Source: Ginkgo biloba (lineage: Eukaryota; Plantae; Ginkgophyta). Taken from it: DNA of 17,867 bases. Positions 1 to 9,678 of the stretch are shown piece by piece. Under the pieces are notes generated by a model. That model worked only from the letters and a program-made list of their open reading frames with translations. It had not been told where the DNA came from and searched no databases. A program made the position numbers and the translations under genes. The stretch's first letter is position 1; each line of letters opens with the position of its first letter. The stretch is from NCBI GenBank assembly GCA_024626585.2, contig JANKJI020000004.1:150569016-150586882 (forward strand), written 5' to 3'.

Positions 1-716
1 TGTTAGCGAGTCATAAGGAAATGTTGTCATATCTATGCAACCTGAAAACTAGGAAACAAAAAGGGTGATTAAGTAATAATCTTTTAAGATTCCTTCATGG
101 AAATAAAGAAAATGATGAGATCAACATTTTTCGCATGTGCAAATGAAGTCAAGACACATGTTTTCATTTTACAATTGAAAAGGTCGACCATAGAAAACAA
201 AAAAAAGTACCCCACATTTCATTTTCATTTGATCACTAGATGAGAGAGGAGATCGAAGAGCATTGTTGACTATTCGACGCGTCGCGAGACACGAGAAGCT
301 CTATTCTACGAGATCATGACAGAGGACCTACTGATAGGCCCCATATCCCTATAATTTAATTTTTTTTATTTTTCACATTATAGGGTTATTTTGACCCTAG
401 AAATGTGATGATTTCTCACAGAGGGTAGCCTCAAGCCCGACCATCAATTGTACAAATTGCTTTACTTAATTTTTCATTTTATTTTTGCAGAAATTGACGT
501 CATTAATGCGCGCCTCATGGTCTACGAACACCGTAGCTACGCACACTTTCGAGCAACATGCAATCAATTAGAGCGCTTATGGTGCGCGTTATTCAATAGC
601 ATGCAGCCTATGAGCGCGTTAATAAGCAATGTAGCAGAGACATATGCGATTTTTCATTGATTGGTATATTTTTGCATAACTGTTAACCGTCATCTCAATT
701 TTTGTGTACAGGAGCT

Positions 717-1356
717 TGTTGTAGTGAGCGAGCGATAGAATCATGGAGCATCATGCATGCATTGGTGGCACAGTGTGGAGAGGCGGATCGAGCAATCCTA
801 CATAGATGCAGGTTGTGGAGGGTCTCATTGACCTGCAAACTCAATTTTGATGAGGAGATTGTGAGACGGTGAGGTATTGGGATCCGGCCACCCATGTATT
901 CAAACTACCTATCTTCGATGAGGTACAATTCATGAAGACAAACATTTATAGGGTGATGAGTCTCAGCTACAGTGGAGCGGTCGTGGACCTACAGAGGCAT
1001 GTGACTTGCTGAGAGGAAAGCCTTTATTTGAGCAGGTGCAAGAGGCCCAATGATGTGATCGCTCATGGGGTGGTTAGTAGTGTGTTACAGGAGTCGAGAG
1101 TCCCACTAATCAAGAGGGTGATAACAACAATCTTGGTGTTCAAGATCTCACAGAACTAAAACTTCGCGAGTGTGCCATTTGGATTCATTCCTATAATTGA
1201 GAGATGTGCATAGGGTATCGGGCATGGCTTGGCTCAGTATGTGCTTGATGCTCTAGTGAGTTAGTTAGATGCGACGAGGCAGAGGGGCTTTGGGACCCTC
1301 ACACAACTCATTCTTGCAAGCATGGTTGTTTGATCACTTCCATGCATTCCAACCCA
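717..1356 (+). mobile_element. Degenerate transposon-associated plant mobile domain (aminotransferase-like PMD) ORF, copy A
   Basis: Reads YWDPATHVFKLPIFDEV..TNIYRVMSL..SG, then WLAQYVLDAL and FLQAWLFDHF, matching the PMD motifs W.PETHTF.LP and LQ.W..EHF. Interrupted by stops and frameshifts. Confidence 0.72.
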
Positions 1357-1359
1357 TGA

Positions 1360-2001
1360 TTTTATCCTCAATCTCACTGTTTAATGGCTAGAAGGTGCAA
1401 ACTGGTAGTTTTCCAGTCTTCCCTTCAAGACAAAGTTGGCTCAATAGGTCGCATTCTCCCAGTTTACCTCAACCCACTGCTCCTTGATATAATCTAACAA
1501 TGAGAATGCCCTTTCCTGTCCATCAATCAAAGCACGCATTTGAGTGAAACAAAATTGCTTGAATTAGGCCACTGATGCTGCCTCATCTTCATCTGTATGT
1601 TGCGCATGCCTATCTAAGGCCGCATAGGCCTAGCATTTTGGCATTACTGTCGGTTCAACCCAATCTAGCTTCTCAATCCATTCCAAAGCCATTAGGTACA
1701 ATATTGAGGGCACTGGGAAGTATCTGTCAGTTTGTGGGGTCATGGTACAAAATTCGTTATACCGGTCTACATACCATTGGGCCCAATTAAAGGCTTCTCC
1801 TATGGCCAAGCAATTAACCAATGTCGCCCATTGAACATTGAGGTATATGGAGGCCTCTCCATAGGCCAATCTCTTGGCTAAAATTTAGACTGCCCACAAG
1901 CTGGCCAGATTGGTGATAGCGAGATGGTAAACCTATTGGACCTACTATATGCTTCTGAATCAAATTTACTAGGGAAGAGGACCTCACATATCTTGGCTTT
2001 A
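1360..2001 (-). mobile_element. Degenerate retrotransposon-associated accessory ORF fragment
   Basis: ORF 1630..1869 contains GEAFNWAQWYVDRYNEF..YFPVPSILYLMAL, resembling the F[ND]WA motif of plant LTR-element accessory proteins. It is frameshifted relative to neighbouring frames. Confidence 0.35.
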
Positions 2002-2101
2002 NNNNNNNNNNNNNNNNNNNNNNNNNNNNNNNNNNNNNNNNNNNNNNNNNNNNNNNNNNNNNNNNNNNNNNNNNNNNNNNNNNNNNNNNNNNNNNNNNNN
2101 N

Positions 2102-3118
2102 TGTTGTAGTGAGCAGGCAAGAGAACAATGGAGCCATCATGCATGAGCTAGTGACATAGTGTAGTGCGGAGGATCGAACAATCCTGTGAGGTTGCGAGCT
2201 ATGGAGGGTCTCATTTACCTCTCAACTCAATTTCGATGAGGAGATTGTTAGACAACTAGTCAAGTATTGGGAACTAGCCACCTACGTATTCAGATTACCT
2301 GTCTTTAGTGAGGTACGACTCACAAAGACAAACATCTATAGGGTGGTGGGACATAGTTGCACAGGAGAGGCAGTCGACTTACGAATGTGAGTGACTGGCC
2401 GAGAGCCAGGGCTTTATCTAAGCATACACAAAGGGCCCAGTGATGTGACTGCTCATGGGGTAGTTATCAATGTGTTGCAGAGTGGGAGAGTCCCACTGAT
2501 TCGGAGGGTGACAACAACGATCCTCGTGTTCAAGATCTCACACAACCAAGGGTATGTTGTTCAAATTTATCCCAGTGATCAAGAGATGCACACCGGGTAT
2601 TAGGCATGACTGGGTTCAATATGTTCTCAATGCTCTCTTGAGTCAGTTGGATGCAGTATGGCAGAGGGGCCATGGGACCCTCACTTACAGCTCATTCCTT
2701 TAGGCTTGGTTATTCGAGCACTTTCATGCCATCCGACCTACCATAGCAGCCCCTATTCCACTTGGACCAGATGAGCCTCTTATGAGGAGAGGTTGTAAAT
2801 GACAGTGAGAGCCTCACTATTCATAAGAGGAAGGAAGGCACCCCTACAGCTTTCGTAGATTTGACTCCAGATACGAGGGTCGTGGAGCCTTATAGTAGAA
2901 TCTAGTGGGATTAGGATGCAAAGCTTCCTAACATAGAGGCAAAGGGGGGCGCCAATGAGAGAGAGGCAAGCCATCAGGAGGAGCCGGTAGCAGGCAAAGA
3001 ACAAAGTCAAGCTAGAAAGGAGCAAAGGGACCAATCCTCAAACAAAGACGACAACAGACAGAGGGTGCCCCCTGCATTACCACATGGAAGCCAAGAGGAG
3101 GCCCATAAGCAAGACTCG
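2102..3118 (+). mobile_element. Degenerate PMD ORF, copy B, with charged low-complexity tail
   Basis: Reads FDEEIVRQLVKYWELATYVFRLP..EVRLTKTNIYRVVG, then HDWVQYVLNALL..FL*AWLFEHFHAIRP. 2102-2740 aligns by eye with 717-1356. Contains in-frame TAG/TGA stops. Confidence 0.75.
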
Positions 3119-3544
3119 NNNNNNNNNNNNNNNNNNNNNNNNNNNNNNNNNNNNNNNNNNNNNNNNNNNNNNNNNNNNNNNNNNNNNNNNNNNNNNNNNN
3201 NNNNNNNNNNNNNNNNNNCCATGTTGTTCATAACATTGAACAACATCCAAAACAAGGGCTCTAGGTAAAACCTAGAAGGATTTCAGATGGAAAGGCCTAG
3301 GAGATGAGGTTGCTATTGGGAAAAAACCCAAATGCAAGGAAGAGCAGGGGTAAGGACTGGAAAATATATGGGAAGTTGCAGTGACAGAGCTTGTAGATCA
3401 ATTTTCAAGGGGAAAATTCGACAATATGACATTACAGTTCAAATTACCTCCCATTAAGCCACTTTGAGGCTCAATTTATAGATGTAGCTGAAGAATTTTG
3501 CCCAATTGGGCCTTTACACCCCGAATTCCCATGCAACCATGCCT

Positions 3545-4122
3545 TGTGACACAAAGGCGACCTAATACATAAAGAAAAATGGACAAAGCGTTTGGAATTC
3601 CTCGATTTTTTTTTTTCAATAAAAAATGGTCGGCACTACTTAAGAACACACAGTTGCAGAGAATGACGCTTAACAACGCGCTTAAAAACAACGTACCGCC
3701 AAGAGGCATGCTTAAAAGGAATGTCAGGTGCGCATAAGTAGCACGGGACCCACTACCCAAAAAAGCCAGAAAGAGACAAAACAAAGGCATCAAAAGGGGC
3801 AAAAGGAAGTAATTATTGACATTGAAAAGATTTAGGCCGGTTCTAAGAAGTGACAATTAGTTCTGAGTGTCCGGAATGAGCCGAGGGAGGAACAGTAGTG
3901 GAACGGACTTGCAACAACCAACATGCGGCCCTTTTTATTTATAACGAAAAAATAATACAATTGTCGCATGACAAGGCGCTATTATTGCTTAAATGACCTA
4001 ATCTACCCAAAATGTCGATTCGAGAGCCACAAGCAGCCTCTCGTTACAAAAATATGGCTTTTGTAATCAAAACCCCCCAATTTTATGATACACTATGCAG
4101 TTAGATTTGGCAGGGTGTGACA
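3545..4122 (-). mobile_element. Probable LTR of a gypsy-type retrotransposon
   Basis: The minus strand starts TGTCACACCC and ends GTGTCACA (TG..CA, near-inverted termini), with an internal TATAAATA at about 3933-3940. No target-site duplication or PBS seen. Confidence 0.4.
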
Positions 4123-5009
4123 AATGCAAGGTGTGATGAGGAAATCTGCCCTATACAATTCAAGCAATCACCAAATATAAGCATCAGTGCACAGGCAACC
4201 AAGAAGTAGTAAAATTTAAGAGATCGCATGAATCAGTAGAATCAGGTCGGCATAAGTCTAGAATAGGGGGGTTGACCTCGAGAAGCCTAAAACAAAACAA
4301 CACCATAACGACCCACAATGTAATCATTAGGGACAATGAAGATCAACTCTATTGAAGGGTCATTTTAACAAAATTTCGAAGGAGGGGAGAAGGACAAGAT
4401 CCAAATTGAAAATTTCATCAAATACCAAACATGGGTTGTTATTAGCGTGACTTGGGCGATGACATTAGAGGCTCGTCTCCTACAAGATGCATGCCTAATA
4501 AATTACCCCCTTGGTAGAAGTACAAATAGATCATCAAGTTATGGCTTAAAGTCGACTTTAAGGAATATAAATAGTAGCTACTAGAAGTAATCACAGGCTG
4601 TCACTTGCCAAGCCAATCACATCACCTGGAACGTTGTTTGCAATCAGAGCACATTGATCGTCATGCGAAGTGAGCAGACCATCTATCACAATCCCAAATG
4701 CAGTCATTATATGTTGATCATAGATGTTGTAACTCTGATTACAAACGCAAATCTGAAATTAATGTTATCCATTGTTATATCTAGTTAATATATAACATGG
4801 AATGTTGTGATAATGATTTTTTAAGTGAAAAAACATAGTTAAGGGTGGATTGATTAGAATTGCTTGCTTCCCATGCTATTAAATGCCTTGACTGGGGGCA
4901 TTGAGAGTCANNNNNNNNNNNNNNNNNNNNNNNNNNNNNNNNNNNNNNNNNNNNNNNNNNNNNNNNNNNNNNNNNNNNNNNNNNNNNNNNGCCCTACATG
5001 TGGCCCATG

Positions 5010-5519
5010 GGCTTTCACTCATTTTTATTGATGCTTATGTTTGATCAAATGACTATATAGTAATATACAGATTTATACTCTCATCTTGTGTTGTTACATA
5101 TAAAATTATCCTGAAATTTGTTGTGTATGCTTTGATGGGTACACTTCAGATCTCAACAATCAGATCATATTGTGAGAAATGTTTGTTAACTGATCATGAT
5201 AAAATTCAAATCATTTTAGCATATCAAGTTCAAATCAATCCAAAAGAAGTAGTATTTTTTTCCTTGGGTATGACTGGTTATTACGGGAAGTTCATCAAAG
5301 GCTATGCACACACATCAAGACCTTATGAAGCATCACTTGCATTGGGATTGGATAAAAAAAAACCATCAAACAACGGTCAAAATATTGAAGACAAACATAG
5401 CCAGTGATTCCATTCTCAAATTTCTTGATGGGATATAACATTTCATATTCATGCCAATGCTTATTTATTTCATATTGATTGTATTCTGGCACAACCATGA
5501 GAGCTTAAGATAGACCGTT
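5010..5519 (+). mobile_element. Ty3/gypsy pol relic (RT C-terminus to RNase H start)
   Basis: LLTDHDKIQII..NPKEV..LGMTGYYGKFIKGYAHTSRP matches the RT thumb motif FLG..GYYR.FI. It is followed by WDITFHIHANAY..CILAQP, matching RNase H PDW..FHVH.DAS..ILAQP. Frameshifted. Confidence 0.85.
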
Positions 5520-5962
5520 NNNNNNNNNNNNNNNNNNNNNNNNNNNNNNNNNNNNNNNNNNNNNNNNNNNNNNNNNNNNNNNNNNNNNNNNNNNNNNNNN
5601 NNNNNNNNNNNNNNNNNNNNNNNNNNNNNNNNNNNNNNNNNNNNNNNNNTAGCAATTTAGAAACGCAAAGGCTATCCATTTCTTGGAGCGACAACTTTCA
5701 TGCAATCAACCATTCAGTTAGCTCAACTGTAAGATATGACCATACTTCTACCAGGCAGAATGTTCATGTTAGGTACAATACCAAACAAGAAATCACATGT
5801 CCTATCCTTGTCAACCTTTCCTCCATTCCACTTGCTGGAAAAGGGGAAAAAAAAAAAAGGGAAATAAANNNNNNNNNNNNNNNNNNNNNNNNNNNNNNNN
5901 NNNNNNNNNNNNNNNNNNNNNNNNNNNNNNNNNNNNNNNNNNNNNNNNNNNNNNNNNNNNNN

Positions 5963-6087
5963 TGCATGTGAACACGCCATTGAACATCAGCAAGCTGACT
6001 GTTGCCAGGGGCACCAAACGGCTTCTCCTTGAATGCAGTTACTAATGCAGGTCCACTCCTCATCCATAACTGTTGAAATGCTGCAAG
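5963..6087 (-). CDS. COMMD10: COMMD10-like exon 4 (LAAFQQLWMRSG...QLADVQWRVHM), truncated by N-gap
   Basis: Acceptor agttcag|CTT after a 113-nt intron, in frame with ORF 5764..6063. Contains the start of the COMM domain (LADVQWRV) and runs into gap 5869-5962. Confidence 0.88.
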
Positions 6088-9000
6088 CTGAACTTATCCA
6101 TTCAACATTTACACTAAGATACCTCACAACTTTCAGATGTGATGCAACCATCAGCAGAATATACGTTTTTCATAAAATAAAAGGGAGAACAATTCATCAC
6201 CGGGGAAGACGCCAACCCAGAAGGTTTGAGCATATTCACAAGCTTTGCAGCAGAGACAGAGTTGATTGCAGCCTGCTCAAATGCAAAAGTGCAAGAATCA
6301 ATTAGAGATTGCAAGTCCTCTTGTGTAAGCCCCATGACTTGTTGTAATTTGGACTCCTCAGCTTCACTAAATGGTTTTTCTTCCTGTATCACATGCCCAA
6401 CAAATTTAGTTTCTGTACATGCCCCCTCCACCAATTACTGTACCAAAATGAGAATTACATTGATCCTTGCATCCAAAAAAGCCAAGCCACTACAGAAAAA
6501 AATTGTAATTTTATTGCACATCTTGTTTGAAAATTCCACTTCTTCAAAGCAATAAAATTGTTCTCTTTTGTAGTAAATCTTGTTGTCAAGTTGCCTCCTG
6601 CAGGATTATCTTTAATTTTTTTTTAAAAAACCCAAAAGAAACCCGTGGGAGTGTGGTCTAACGGTAGTTGGAAGGACATAGAAGCCTTCTGCCGGCTAGA
6701 CCCGGGTTCAACCCCCCCCAGCGGGTGCAAATGAGGCCTAGTGCAAGTCCAAGGTGATTTGACGGCATAGATACGCCCCTCATAGCACGGCATACTCAGC
6801 CGAAGAGTGTCTGTTACGCAACATTTACTAAAAAAGAAAAATATTCGCCAATTATTATACATATAAAAAAAGGAAATCCTTATAGCATGTTGGGTCAAAA
6901 GTGTTGTTTGGATGTCAGCGATGCCCCTAAGTCTACGAGGCACTGTGCTAAATCTTGATCAACTAAACATCTAACATAGTTGCCTCCTCAACCTTCTCGA
7001 CGAACTAGACATACTTCACAGTTGCCTCATCGACCTTCTCGTCCGACCATACTGACTTCACAATTGCCTCACCAGTCTATTCAGCAAGTCAACAATCTAT
7101 ATATTAGAGATCCCACTTTGAGCTACATCATCATCTTCTTTACCCCTATGAGATTGAATTTGGCCTTGGATGATAGCAGAGTTATTCCTTCTACCTCCTC
7201 TTCCACAGGATCTATGGGATCTACTTGACATCCTTCTTAGACTCTTCGGACCTTACCCATCGATAAAACCATCATAGTCAACCTGGTTTGCTAGCCTCCT
7301 CGGCAGTATTTATGGAGCTTTGTGGACAATTTTTGGCTGCCTCGAAAGTTCCTTCATAGTTGTCTCACACCTACTTTTATGCTACACTCATCTCACAGTT
7401 GTATATCATAATTGTTTAGCTTTCTTTTCCTTTCTTTCTTTTCTTTTGTATTATTGTAGTCTAAAGATGCCTTAAGCACTCCTTTTGATATTGTTACATG
7501 CTTGTACTTTTCCAATCCCATTAACCACTTTTGGTTGTTGGTGAAATATGGGTACCCGGTGGGACCCAATTAACCAATGGGGGAGGTTAATTGTTATTCA
7601 TTGAATNNNNNNNNNNNNNNNNNNNNNNNNNNNNNNNNNNNNNNNNNNNNNNNNNNNNNNNNNNNNNNNNNNNNNNNNNNNNNNNNNNNNNNNNNNNNNN
7701 NNNNNNAAAAAAAAAAAAAAAGAAGGAAAGAAACACTTAATTTGGACAAATTCAAGGAAGGAAGGACTCCAAGTGTCCACTTGTGAGAGTTCACCAAATA
7801 AATAATCCTTGAATTTCGGTTTATTAAATGGAAGGAAGGATAAGGAACACAGTTTATCCATTTGAAATGTAACCAGAAGGAGGGCTTAGGCTCCTAAAAA
7901 CAGGTAGCATGCAGGGCAGAGAGAAAATAGTTAGCCTTCTCCCATGCAAGCATGCTAAATTCATGTTCTAGGGTTCTAGAGAATGATGTTCGTCAGTATG
8001 AATTGAAATTAATATTTTGTGTTTGTTCTTCAAGGTAAAAACAGTATCATTTCTGTCCTACTTTGATTCTTGATATACATAGGCTTCATGAAAATGACAT
8101 ACTTCATTTTTATTTTGCGAAACGAAGTATTTTTGAAAAACTATAATACCATCAATCTTACAACTGTAATAAACTGTTTCCAAGCTGTCCTGTCCTGCAA
8201 TGACAACGATCAACAGAGAAGAAAAAGTGGAGAAAGTAATGAAAATTCTTCCACAAATGGATCTGGAAGAAATTGCAAGAAAATGTTGGAGGAAAATAAT
8301 AAAAAATGGTTGCTCATTTTGCAATGGAAATCGTACAAACAAAACTCCAGAACACTTCCATCAATGAGCTCAAAGAGTCTTCTCCTACCTTTTCGATACT
8401 CACTATCTCAAGCTTAAGAGTAACCCGAGAGAAATTGCTGAGTTTTATAACAGCATGGTGGTCTCTGTGCAACTAGCAGAGAACTGCAGTCCTACAAGAA
8501 AGAGATTCGTGAAGGAGTAAGGTGCATTCAGAATCCTTCATCCCTAGAAGGCTAAAAGTGCTCTCAATAGCTTTCTGCTCTATACAAAAATTGTCTAAAG
8601 TTGCAGTTTTACTGCTTGGTAATTTTGTATTGCAGAAAGGACAATCAGTTACTTACGTGAGTAGAATAGGCTCAAAATAATGCTGCCCTATGGTTTAGTA
8701 GCAGGGAAATTAGCATAATCACATCTCTCTTATNNNNNNNNNNNNNNNACTGGAAGCACTCTGTGCTCACTGATTAATAGCCGTTTTGTAATGCATTATA
8801 CACTTTTGATAAGTAAATTGTTTTTGTTGTGTTTTAAAGAAAAACAAATAATCTGCCCTGTCCTGTCCAGCGTTTACCCTAGGGTTCCGAAGGGTGGCAT
8901 GACACCGTATCTGTTTCCTGACTACTAAGTCTCAATGATTGAATTTCTTAATATTATCAGACTTGCTTGGGTCTCCTGAACCCTGCCAGTGGCGCCCGCA

Positions 9001-9571
9001 TTTGGGTGCTCTCCAAAGGAATTCAACCGCACAAGGCATTTCTATCAAAACAAATAATAATTTCAATACTGGTCGTTGGTCCTTTCTTAAGGGTGAAAGA
9101 ACCCATGGAAGAAATACATCAAGGCAATCTACTGTCTAGGCATTTCGATGGCATGGCTGACATTTGATGGATTTTCGAAATTTCGCAGCTTTAATTGCTT
9201 TCAATTTTAAAAAAAAATTGCGGCTTGAAGATTAGACACAAACCTTCTGAAGCTTCGTGGTAATTCGCTCCAAAAACGGAGGGAGGCGATCAATAGGGAC
9301 TCTATTTGCTAATTGAATAGCAGTTCTGAAGCTGCCAGCATTCCCAAAACCGAAAGAAACAATCACGCATATGTGGAAGCAATTCTACTCCAAACCCACC
9401 AATGTAAATCCATTACGCGTTTTGAGTATAGCATGTTCAGCAATGACAGGAAATGCAGCTGCTCGCAAAATATTGATTCTCAGGAAATTGGTTCTCTAAA
9501 AAGTATGAGATGGAAGATTACACAAAATGCTCCTACCTTGAGCTGCTTGGCAGTTTTGGGTCGTCTTCCAT
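5963..9571 (-). CDS. COMMD10: COMM domain-containing protein 10-like gene, spliced (4 exons visible; 3' end missing at N-gap)
   Basis: Joining 9571-9537, 9331-9244, 6383-6201 and 6087-5963 via GT..AG introns (phases 2,0,0) gives an open frame: MEDDPKLPSSSSFRTAIQLANRVPIDRLPPFLERITTKLQKEEKPFSEAEESKLQQVMGLTQEDLQSLIDSCTFAFEQAAINSVSAAKLVNMLKPSGLASSPLAAFQQLWMRSGPALVTAFKEKPFGAPGNSQLADVQWRVHM. This is colinear with animal COMMD10 as I recall it (AVSLIN..RFPRLLTRILQKL..FSEEEEEKLQ..L...DL..VLETISFILEQA..AF...W..L..VGWQL), including the COMM-domain L..V.W motif. Confidence 0.88.
6201..6383 (-). CDS. COMMD10: COMMD10-like exon 3 (EEKPFSEAEESKLQ...FEQAA...GLASSP)
   Basis: 183 nt inside ORF 6114..6434, with acceptor gatacag|GAA and donor CCG|gtgatg. 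Carries the FSE.EE.KLQ and F..EQA motifs typical of COMMD10. Confidence 0.9.
6641..6841 (+). mobile_element. tRNA-derived SINE in COMMD10 intron 2 (antisense to the gene)
   Basis: Pol III box A TGGTCTAACGG (6654-6664) and box B GGTTCAACCCC (6705-6715), a tRNA-like AGACCCGGGTTC T-arm, a unique body of about 100 nt and an A-rich tail. Possible TSD AAAAGAAA at 6634-6641 and 6832-6839. Confidence 0.65.
6979..7073. repeat. 42-bp period tandem repeat, about 2.3 diverged copies
   Basis: Units RTTGCCTC..ACCTTCTCG..ACTTCACA start at 6979, 7021 and 7063. Confidence 0.75.
9244..9331 (-). CDS. COMMD10: COMMD10-like exon 2 (FRTAIQLANRVPIDRLPPFLERITTKLQK)
   Basis: Acceptor tgctggcag|C and donor AAG|gtttgt. 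The peptide resembles the COMMD10 N-terminal helices. Absent from the ORF track because it is short. Confidence 0.85.
9537..9571 (-). CDS. COMMD10: COMMD10-like coding exon 1 (MEDDPKLPSSS + 2 nt)
   Basis: ATG in gaaATGG context with an upstream in-frame TAG and no intervening ATG. Ends AG|gtagga; the phase-2 donor matches the phase-2 acceptor of exon 2 across a 205-nt intron. Confidence 0.72.
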
Positions 9572-9678
9572 TTCTAAATTTTCTTTGGGGCCAAACTCTA
9601 TGAGATCGTTATTTTCAACGCCCGGTTTTGTTAAACTCTATTGTGTTTTCTCCTCCCAGTGCACTTGTCGAGCTGTCT

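Noticed and set aside
6088-6200. C/D snoRNA-like boxes in intron 3 (GTGATGA ... CTGA, with GCATCACA complementary to an 18S rRNA UGUGAUGC stretch)
   Set aside because: The C box coincides with the splice donor, the guide is only 8 nt and there is no terminal stem, so it is likely chance.
6033-6555. Plus-strand ORFs 6033..6305 and 6226..6555
   Set aside because: Antisense shadows of COMMD10 exons 3-4 with no recognisable motifs.
6641-6726. Functional tRNA gene
   Set aside because: A and B boxes are present but there is no canonical anticodon stem-loop or cloverleaf. It continues into a body and A-tail, which fits a SINE better.
6979-7073. CRISPR-like array
   Set aside because: Eukaryotic context, the whole unit is repeated with no unique spacers, and no cas genes are present.
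8058-8417. Overlapping ORFs of 115 aa (+) and 94 aa (-)
   Set aside because: Compositionally biased intronic sequence with no recognisable domain.
8201-8772. 9-nt matches to miR535 (TGACAACGA) and to the miR156 complement (GTGCTCACT)
   Set aside because: The matches are too short and there is no supporting precursor hairpin.
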